Below are positions 56,963-64,000 of a DNA stretch of 64,000 nucleotides, piece after piece. Within the stretch, counting starts at the first letter, position 1. Each line of letters begins with the position of its first letter. Under the pieces are notes generated by a model. It saw nothing but the letters and a program-made list of their open reading frames with translations, was not told where the DNA came from and ran no database searches. The DNA is from Patescibacteria group bacterium (GTDB lineage: Bacteria > Patescibacteriota > Patescibacteriia > Magasanikbacterales > UBA922), in NCBI GenBank assembly GCA_018823045.1, contig JAHJIX010000020.1, positions 20,370 to 84,369 of the forward strand. The letters are read 5' to 3'. A program made the translations under genes and the position numbers.

Positions 56963-57976
56963 TTAATAGATCATTTCTTTATTTGCAATCGTGTAATCAA
57001 TCGTTTTACGCAAACCATCTTCAAGACGAACAAGAGGAATCCACTGCAAAACATCTTTTGCTCGTGTTAAATCTGGTACACCTTTTTTTGTTAAAAACAC
57101 TAGTGGTTTTTCAAATACTACAGATGAACGTGATTGTGTCATCATTATAATCATTTGCGCAACATCTACCATACGCATCATCTGATCTGAACCAATATTA
57201 ACAACCCATGTTTGTTCTCCTGTATGCATAAGTCGCAAAAGTCCATCAATAACATCATCAACATAACACAGAGACTGAGATAGTTCAGAATCACCATACA
57301 CAGTAATAGGCTCTCCTGCAAGTGCATTCATAATGAAATCAGGAATAAGCAATCCATCACGCAAAGGCATTCTTGGCCCATATGCAGTAAATATCCGTGC
57401 AATTTTAGCATCAATACCATAGACTTGTCTATAGGTACTTACACACGTTTCTGCAAAACGCTTTCCTTCATCATAGCACCCTCTTGGTGATAGATGTTGT
57501 ACAATTCCTTCATCTTCTTCAGAAAATGTTATATGCTGTTCTGTAGGCATACCATATACAACAGAACTTGACGCAAAAATGTACCGTGCATTTGATTTTA
57601 CCGCTAAATCAAGCGTAGCTAACATTGCAGATGAATTTGCCGCTAATGAATGTAATTTTAATTGTTCAAAGTTTTTTGGACTGGTTGGACAAGCTAAATG
57701 ATATATTTCTTGAACTCCCTGAAATTTGACTTTAAATTTATCTAATTCTGGAAAATCATTTAAATCAATAGGCTGTGTTATATCATATTTAATAAATTCA
57801 AAATCAGGATATTGTAAGAGATGTTCAATATTCTGTAAATTTGAATGCGATAAATCATCAATACAAATAACGTTTGCCTCTCGAAGTAAACGCTCACATA
57901 AATGTGATCCCAAAAAACCAGCACCACCAGTTACGACCACATTTTTTTTTTCAAATATAGGTGTTTGCTCTTGCAT
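56963..57976 (-). CDS. NAD-dependent epimerase/dehydratase (UDP-glucuronate decarboxylase/UXS-like SDR)
   Basis: 'VVVTGGAGFLGSHLCERL' Rossmann motif and YxxxK-type catalytic region. 337 aa. Confidence 0.8.
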   Translation of the reverse strand: MQEQTPIFEKKNVVVTGGAGFLGSHLCERLLREANVICIDDLSHSNLQNIEHLLQYPDFEFIKYDITQPIDLNDFPELDKFKVKFQGVQEIYHLACPTSPKNFEQLKLHSLAANSSAMLATLDLAVKSNARYIFASSSVVYGMPTEQHITFSEEDEGIVQHLSPRGCYDEGKRFAETCVSTYRQVYGIDAKIARIFTAYGPRMPLRDGLLIPDFIMNALAGEPITVYGDSELSQSLCYVDDVIDGLLRLMHTGEQTWVVNIGSDQMMRMVDVAQMIIMMTQSRSSVVFEKPLVFLTKKGVPDLTRAKDVLQWIPLVRLEDGLRKTIDYTIANKEMIY

Positions 57977-58003
57977 ATACTTGTCAAGATAAAATAATTA
58001 ATA

Positions 58004-59983
58004 TTACCACGCAAAAAGTGTTTGAACAGGACCATATATGCCCCTAATTTTTGCAATACGATCTTCATCAAAACTATACACATACACTTCCTTACCATTT
58101 GCCGGTGCAACAATAAGTTCTGCCTTTCCATTATGCGTATAATCCCCCAAAGCTATAGTTCTTTTTGTTTTTTTGTCATACGATAGAGGATATATCGTAT
58201 TTATCCATACTCCCTCATAATTATATCTTTCTATCGCAGACCAATCATTTCCTCCTGGAATCAACACCACTTCAAATATACCATTTCCATTCGTATCAGC
58301 AAGTACAAGCTCTTCTGCATGTTTTTTAATCACCACATGTTTTACTGCTTCTTCATGAAAAGTATATATATCAATAACAGTTTCTTGCTCTTCACTTGAC
58401 CACAATACGACTTGTTCTTTTTGGCTTACAGCATCATACACTGAAGTAAGCAAGACATTTGTATATACTATATTTCCTTTTTGTTCAAATAATAATACAC
58501 CAGACAAAGAATACACTTGATATACTATTCCCTCTTTCTTTGGTGAAAATAATACAATTTCAGGTTCAAATCCATCAAGCACATCAATCAACTGTAACTG
58601 ATCCACAGAAGAAATCATCATATCAATGGCAAGAGGAATTTCCATACCACCATACTGAATAGACACTTGATCATTTTTTGCAAACAAATAATACTCTTTA
58701 TCATCTCTATCTCTATATACATCTACCAGTGATGCGAAGTCTTCTCCATCAACACTTGCAGAAATATTTCCTTTTTTATATGTTGATAAAGTTCCATTTG
58801 TCGCAATACCTGATACTTTTTGTATTTTTTTGTCAGAAACGATTTGTTTTTGTGCATACAACAATGCATCATCAATTTGTAGTAATCCCTTTCCAAATAA
58901 ATGCGCATACGTTTCTTCATCTTCTGGGGGTGTTTTATGTGCTGTTTTAAGTAATGCCGCATAAATTTCTTTCGCTCCCCATGTTGGTTGTACTGATTTA
59001 ATTAATCCAGCAGCAGCACTAATATATGGAGCCGCAAAAGAAGTTCCACTCCAACCACTACCATATGCTTCGGTAAAACCATCTTTTGGTGCATAACGCA
59101 ATACACCCGAAATTTCTTCTCCTGGTGCGGTCAAATCAATAGAAGAAGAACCAAAATTAGAAAAAACGGTAATATGATGTTGTTTATCTATTGCACTCAC
59201 ACCTAATACTTTTTGCACAGCACTCCCCTGATCTGCAGAAATTGGATAACGTGGACTATCATCTAAAAAGAGATTGTCATTCCCAGCCGCAGCAACAACA
59301 ACAACTCCATGCTCATAGGCATAATCAATTGCTTGAGTAATCATTTCTTCTTCTCCAGTGCCCACTAAACTCATGTTAATTACATCTGCACCATTATCTA
59401 CCGCATAATGAATAGCTTCATCCATAGCATCAAGTACACCAAAACCAGAATTATCTACTACACGAATATTCATAAGAGAAACGCGTTGCATTATACCACT
59501 CCCTAGATAATTATTATTTCCACGTGCACCAATAATACCTGCAACAATAGAACCATGATTTAATACCTCGGGATACGCATCATAAGAATATGCGGCCGCT
59601 GTTTCTGGAAGAACACGATTATTTCCTTTTTTTTCTTCTGCATCAATTTCACCATCTCCATTTATATCTACATGAAGAAAGCTCCAACCCCAAACATCAT
59701 CAATATAACCATTATGATCATCATCTATACCATTTTTATCTATTTCATCTACATTTTTCCAAACATTTGGTCGTAAATCAAGATGATGCATGTCAAATCC
59801 ATTATCAATCACAGCAATAATCACATCACGAGAACCAACAAAACCATGTTCCCACGCCTCATATACTTGTGTATCTTCATATCCCCACTGCCGAGCAAAT
59901 GGATCATTTGGAAATGCAGCATAAACACTCAAAGGGGTGACCATTGCAGCACAAACAAGGCAGACGAGTAATAATTTTTTCAT
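58004..59983 (-). CDS. Secreted subtilisin-like (S8) serine protease with C-terminal extension
   Basis: Signal peptide 'MKKLLLVCLVCAAMVTPLSVYA' (start moved to 59983). Catalytic Asp 'AVIDNGFDMHH', His 'HGSIVAGIIGA', Ser 'GTSFAAPYISAAAGLI'. ~250-aa C-terminal domain. Confidence 0.85.
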   Translation of the reverse strand: MKKLLLVCLVCAAMVTPLSVYAAFPNDPFARQWGYEDTQVYEAWEHGFVGSRDVIIAVIDNGFDMHHLDLRPNVWKNVDEIDKNGIDDDHNGYIDDVWGWSFLHVDINGDGEIDAEEKKGNNRVLPETAAAYSYDAYPEVLNHGSIVAGIIGARGNNNYLGSGIMQRVSLMNIRVVDNSGFGVLDAMDEAIHYAVDNGADVINMSLVGTGEEEMITQAIDYAYEHGVVVVAAAGNDNLFLDDSPRYPISADQGSAVQKVLGVSAIDKQHHITVFSNFGSSSIDLTAPGEEISGVLRYAPKDGFTEAYGSGWSGTSFAAPYISAAAGLIKSVQPTWGAKEIYAALLKTAHKTPPEDEETYAHLFGKGLLQIDDALLYAQKQIVSDKKIQKVSGIATNGTLSTYKKGNISASVDGEDFASLVDVYRDRDDKEYYLFAKNDQVSIQYGGMEIPLAIDMMISSVDQLQLIDVLDGFEPEIVLFSPKKEGIVYQVYSLSGVLLFEQKGNIVYTNVLLTSVYDAVSQKEQVVLWSSEEQETVIDIYTFHEEAVKHVVIKKHAEELVLADTNGNGIFEVVLIPGGNDWSAIERYNYEGVWINTIYPLSYDKKTKRTIALGDYTHNGKAELIVAPANGKEVYVYSFDEDRIAKIRGIYGPVQTLFAW

Positions 59984-59984
59984 A

Positions 59985-61490
59985 TTATAATGGAATAACT
60001 GACCCATATTGGGTACTTAAGGGATCTCTAATATACTCACTTGATTCTAAAATATACCACTTATTCCTTGGAGTAAATGGCAGTTTAAATGGAGGTGTAA
60101 TTACAAAACGTAATTGAAAATTATTTCCCTCGAATGCTTTCCCATGAATATTATCACTTAGATACAATATATCATTACTTTGGTGAAAATAATAGAATTT
60201 TTTATCACTCCACCATTTATAAACAACACTCCCATACGGAAAACTATAGGTATTTTCTGGAATCGCTATTAATTCACCAAAACCATTCGGACTTTGTCTA
60301 AGCAATATTTCATCACCATCACCAATTCCATCTTCATCTGTATCTACTTTTTTGGGATCAGTAAACCAATACATAATTTCTTCATAATCACTCAGACCGT
60401 CCCCATCACTATCATCTTTTGTATCACTTGATCCATACCACTTTTCTGTTTCTTTATCAATACCATCACGATCAGCATCATTTGCCCTTGATTCTGTAGT
60501 AAGTGAATGAATATTATACCCACCCATGACATATGGAGGTACTTCTAAAATACGTTCTTGCCATGTTTCTCCATATAAGATAAATGCTTCTGATTGAGAG
60601 CGCAATGGTCGCAACATACATCCCGGCTCTGGGGCATAAATTCTTGGAGATTGAGAAAATTTTAATAACCATGTCCCTGGACGCATACACACCATTGAAC
60701 CAACAAAATATTCCTGTAATTTAGTATCACTTACATGCATAACACTTGCAAATCCAGGCAAATATGACTGATATACAGCACTATTTGGCACAGGATGCAT
60801 TCTTCCACCATATCCAATGTAATATACAGTCGTACCTTGTCCTTTTACAAAACTTCCTTCAGAAAGTGTTCGTTCTGGAGCATTAAATTGTATTGCCTTT
60901 TGCATATTTTTTATTGTTCCTTGTGCATCACGAAAACGAAAATAAACAATCTTTTCTCCAGAACCACTAGAAAGCACCCATTGTATTTTTTTAGCTATTG
61001 GACGATAAGATACACCCGTAAATGTTGGTTCATTACTCACCATCATATCATCAACTCCAATACTCGCCTCAATATCAATGGTCACATAGCGTGAATCAGT
61101 CTGGCGTTTATCATTATCAATAGCAACACTAACAGACATATTCGTCTGTGCCGATAATTGTATACTATCAGTATATACCCCACTTAAACTTGCATTTGCA
61201 TATTGAAACTGAACATATGCTGTTTTTACTCCATTGCCAAATGGTAATTCCCAAGAAGAAACATGCTGGCGCACAGCAACCCACGTATCATCTTCCATAT
61301 TACTATCGTCTGAAATACGCATATATTTTGCTCCACTTGTTGGAACAATATAGAGATGGACATAATGTGACTGTACTGATGAATCACCACCGTTTATGGT
61401 GACTCCTGGCTCTGCGGCAGAAACAAGTGAAACCACAAAAAATAAAGAAAATACAGTACAAATACTAAAGATATATTGAATTCTTCGCAT
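59985..61490 (-). CDS. Secreted protein with thrombospondin-type-3/dockerin-like Ca-binding Asp-rich repeats
   Basis: Signal peptide 'MRRIQYIFSICTVFSLFFVVSLVSAAEP' (start moved to 61490). 'DADRDGIDKETE', 'DSDGDGLSDYEE' and 'DTDEDGIGDGDE' repeats. Its stop codon is 1 nt from the subtilisin ATG. Confidence 0.5.
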   Translation of the reverse strand: MRRIQYIFSICTVFSLFFVVSLVSAAEPGVTINGGDSSVQSHYVHLYIVPTSGAKYMRISDDSNMEDDTWVAVRQHVSSWELPFGNGVKTAYVQFQYANASLSGVYTDSIQLSAQTNMSVSVAIDNDKRQTDSRYVTIDIEASIGVDDMMVSNEPTFTGVSYRPIAKKIQWVLSSGSGEKIVYFRFRDAQGTIKNMQKAIQFNAPERTLSEGSFVKGQGTTVYYIGYGGRMHPVPNSAVYQSYLPGFASVMHVSDTKLQEYFVGSMVCMRPGTWLLKFSQSPRIYAPEPGCMLRPLRSQSEAFILYGETWQERILEVPPYVMGGYNIHSLTTESRANDADRDGIDKETEKWYGSSDTKDDSDGDGLSDYEEIMYWFTDPKKVDTDEDGIGDGDEILLRQSPNGFGELIAIPENTYSFPYGSVVYKWWSDKKFYYFHQSNDILYLSDNIHGKAFEGNNFQLRFVITPPFKLPFTPRNKWYILESSEYIRDPLSTQYGSVIPL

Positions 61491-61561
61491 AAATATGGTA
61501 CAAATATAATGAATTACTTCCTTTAGTATACAAAAATCTAACAATAAACGCAATAAAGACT

Positions 61562-62938
61562 ATGCGCTTTTTATATCGCCTTAAACAACTCATCATTTTA
61601 TCAGGAGATTTGCTTTCATATCTTCTTGGTTTTTATCTTGCATTAGTCCTTCGTGGATGGAATATCCCAAATATAGAACGAGTCAGCAAGCACATCAACA
61701 TGTTTATCATTCTCACCCTTATCTGGGTAGTGATTAACTATATTAGTGGTCTCTATGACATTGGCTACATTTCTCAAAAAAACAGAAAAAGCCGCCGAGC
61801 AGTAGAAACGGCATTTCTCGCTTTTGTCGCAGGAATTATTTATCTCTATCTTCGTCCAAATACAGATGTAACACCAAAAACAATTTTAGCCATTGGTATT
61901 GCCCTTGGATTCATTATTAGTAGTCTTTGGCGCTGGCTTGCATTGCATATAATCAATATCAAAACACTCCAAAAAGCAGTGCTTTTTATTGGCTATTCTC
62001 CAGAAATAACTGAATTACTACCACAATTACATACCAAAAGTTATTGTCCAAAGGCAATTCTTGATCAACAAGACATTTCAGTTAAAGATAAAAATATTGA
62101 GTTATTTCACACAATAAAAAGTATCCGATCAATTGTAAATACCTACAACATTAAAACAGTAGTTATTGCAGAACACATGCAAAAAGACCCTGATGTCATT
62201 AAAGAAGTGTATGAACTACTCTTTTGGTCAGTACACATTTACTCTCTTTCAGAATTTTACGAAGAAATGACGGGAAGAGTTCCTCCATGCACCTTTTCTG
62301 AAAGTTGGTTTTTATCTCATTTAAAAAGTACCGAAAATCCAGTTTACAATAAATGGAGAAATCTTCTTGATATATTAACTATCATTTTTGTTGGCGCATG
62401 GTTTCTGTGTATCCTTCCCTTTGTTGCCCTTGCCATTCGTCTCACCTCACCAGGACCAATATTTTTTACACAAAAAAGAACAGGGCTTGGAAATAAAACA
62501 TTTCATCTCTATAAATTTAGATCAATGTATGCCCTCGCAAAAGATGGCAGTGCGGAAGTAAATGGCTACCAATTTGCAAAGAAAAATGATGATCGCATTA
62601 CACCGGTTGGACGTTTTTTACGCAAAACACGCATTGATGAGTTACCACAAATTCTCAATCTCATCAAAGGAGATATTTCTCTTATCGGCCCAAGACCTGA
62701 ACGACCTGAGATTGTTCAAAATCTCACAGAACACATGCCCTACTACCCACTCCGCCATGTGATAAAACCAGGACTCACTGGTTGGGCAGTTCTTCACCAA
62801 AACTATACCGATACAATTGAAACGTCACTACAAAAACTTCAGTATGATCTCTACTATATTAAAAACAAATCAATACTTGTTGATGTTTCTATTATGCTCA
62901 AAACGATAAATCTCATTCTCCGAGGCATGGGTCAATAA
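61562..62938 (+). CDS. Polyprenyl-phosphate hexose-1-phosphate transferase (WbaP/bacterial sugar transferase family)
   Basis: Five N-terminal TM helices. C-terminal 'GPIFFTQKRTGLGNKTFHLYKFRSM…RIDELPQILNLIKGDISLIGPRPERPE' is the Bac_transf signature. Confidence 0.85.
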   Translation: MRFLYRLKQLIILSGDLLSYLLGFYLALVLRGWNIPNIERVSKHINMFIILTLIWVVINYISGLYDIGYISQKNRKSRRAVETAFLAFVAGIIYLYLRPNTDVTPKTILAIGIALGFIISSLWRWLALHIINIKTLQKAVLFIGYSPEITELLPQLHTKSYCPKAILDQQDISVKDKNIELFHTIKSIRSIVNTYNIKTVVIAEHMQKDPDVIKEVYELLFWSVHIYSLSEFYEEMTGRVPPCTFSESWFLSHLKSTENPVYNKWRNLLDILTIIFVGAWFLCILPFVALAIRLTSPGPIFFTQKRTGLGNKTFHLYKFRSMYALAKDGSAEVNGYQFAKKNDDRITPVGRFLRKTRIDELPQILNLIKGDISLIGPRPERPEIVQNLTEHMPYYPLRHVIKPGLTGWAVLHQNYTDTIETSLQKLQYDLYYIKNKSILVDVSIMLKTINLILRGMGQ

Positions 62939-62953
62939 TAATTAATAACAAAA

Positions 62954-62983
62954 AAACAAACCTAGATGTAGGTTTGTTTTTTT
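62954..62983. terminator. Bidirectional intrinsic terminator (AAACAAACCTA-GATG-TAGGTTTGTTT + T-run)
   Basis: 11-bp perfect stem between the convergent WbaP-like (+) and uvrA (-) genes. Confidence 0.6.
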
Positions 62984-62995
62984 ATCTAAATATTA

Positions 62996-64000
62996 TTATG
63001 ATACATCTAAATACTTTTTTAAGTACTTTCCGGTATAACTTATTGTACTCTTTCGTGCAATTTCTTCAGGAGTTCCCGCAGCGATAAGCTCTCCTCCTTT
63101 GTCTCCCCCATCTGGCCCGAGATCAATCAACCAATCAGCTGACTTAATTACATCTAAATTATGCTCAATGACCATCAGTGTATTTCCTTGGTTCACCAAA
63201 CGTTGTAATACTTCAATTAATTTTTTTACATCTGCATAATGCAAGCCTGTTGTTGGCTCATCGAGCAAATACAGTGTTTTTGTTGTGTTTCTTTTTGATA
63301 ATTCTCGAGAAAGTTTAATCCGTTGCGCTTCGCCACCAGATAATGTTTTTGATGATTGACCGAGACGCAAATAACTCAATCCTACATCATTTAACACTTT
63401 TAATTTGTCATGAATCGTTGGAATATCTTTAAAAAACACTTCCGCTTCTTCTATCGTCATTTCCAACACATCTGAAATATTTTTTCCATTATAATGCACT
63501 TGAAGTGTTTCTTGATTAAATCGTTTTCCTTTACATACTTCACACACAACAGAAACACTTGGCAAAAAGTGCATTTCAATGTCAAGCATTCCTTTTCCTT
63601 CGCAATGCTCACAACGACCACCAGGACGATTAAAACTAAAACGTCCAACGTTATATCCACGAATACGTGCTTCTGCTGTAAGTGAAAAAATTTGACGAAT
63701 ATGATCGTATGCTTTGGTGTATGTTGCAGGATTACTTCGAGGAGATCTTCCAATGGCGCTTTGATCAATACGAATAACCTTATCTAAATATTCAATACCT
63801 GTAATTTTTTTATGCTTTCCGATTGATTTATCAACATGATTAAATTTATTTGCAATAGCCCGATACAAAATACGATGCATAAGTGTTGACTTTCCTGAAC
63901 CAGATACACCAGTCAAACAAACAAAACGACGCAAAGGAATTTGTACATTTACATTTTTTAAATTATGCTCTGTTGCACCATAAATTTTTAAAAATGGAGT
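62996..64000 (-). CDS. uvrA: Excinuclease ABC subunit A, C-terminal portion (gene continues past window end)
   Basis: '[14 protein letters not shown]' Walker A, zinc finger 'CEHCEGKG…CEVCKGKRF', '[11 protein letters not shown]' signature and '[12 protein letters not shown]'. The frame stays open to position 64000 ('…[18 protein letters not shown]…'). Confidence 0.85.
   Translation of the reverse strand, partial: TPFLKIYGATEHNLKNVNVQIPLRRFVCLTGVSGSGKSTLMHRILYRAIANKFNHVDKSIGKHKKITGIEYLDKVIRIDQSAIGRSPRSNPATYTKAYDHIRQIFSLTAEARIRGYNVGRFSFNRPGGRCEHCEGKGMLDIEMHFLPSVSVVCEVCKGKRFNQETLQVHYNGKNISDVLEMTIEEAEVFFKDIPTIHDKLKVLNDVGLSYLRLGQSSKTLSGGEAQRIKLSRELSKRNTTKTLYLLDEPTTGLHYADVKKLIEVLQRLVNQGNTLMVIEHNLDVIKSADWLIDLGPDGGDKGGELIAAGTPEEIARKSTISYTGKYLKKYLDVS

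Overview
This 64-kb window comes from a low-GC, gene-dense bacterial chromosome. Coding is compact, mostly on the minus strand, with frequent 1–4 nt gene overlaps and weak Shine-Dalgarno sites. It looks like a small-genome (CPR/Patescibacteria-like) organism, but the sequence alone does not prove this. The standard genetic code fits all long ORFs.

Housekeeping genes include mreB, proS, a complete F1Fo ATP synthase operon (atpI-like-BEFHAGDC), uppS, tatD, metG, dnaX, two DEAD-box helicases, a UvrD-type helicase fused to a PD-(D/E)xK nuclease, a uvrA fragment, an ABC exporter and one tRNA-Gln(CUG).

The accessory content is more interesting:
- Two very large (~1,000 aa) paralogous cytoplasmic proteins carry a transglutaminase-like Cys-His-Asp core. 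They share an 18-nt promoter block. One of them (34721..37741) is divergently paired with an operon encoding a P/Q/E-rich small protein, a membrane-anchored VirD4/TrwB-type coupling-protein-like ATPase (T4CP) and a 206-aa unknown protein. I consider this the best candidate for an undescribed system.
- An HTH-XRE–Panacea (DUF4065) antitoxin with a downstream 130-aa candidate toxin sits in a ~1.8-kb cassette bracketed by a 31-nt palindromic repeat. A third copy of the repeat lies elsewhere in the window.
- A second GC-rich repeat family (GTCATCCTGRGCG…GTCGAAGGA) is present in two intergenic sites.
- Two translationally coupled small Cys-rich proteins lie between a clean promoter and a strong terminator.
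- A cell-envelope cluster (GT4, DUF2304, Trx-CcdA, GT2, UXS-like epimerase, secreted Ca-binding-repeat protein tightly coupled to a subtilisin, WbaP-like priming transferase) occupies 53.5–63.0 kb.
- A ~500-bp non-coding tract at 12642–13161 has a promoter-like site and strong terminator and may be an RNA gene.

I found no CRISPR array, rRNA, transposase or integrase. All family assignments are from motif recognition by eye and need HMM or BLAST confirmation.
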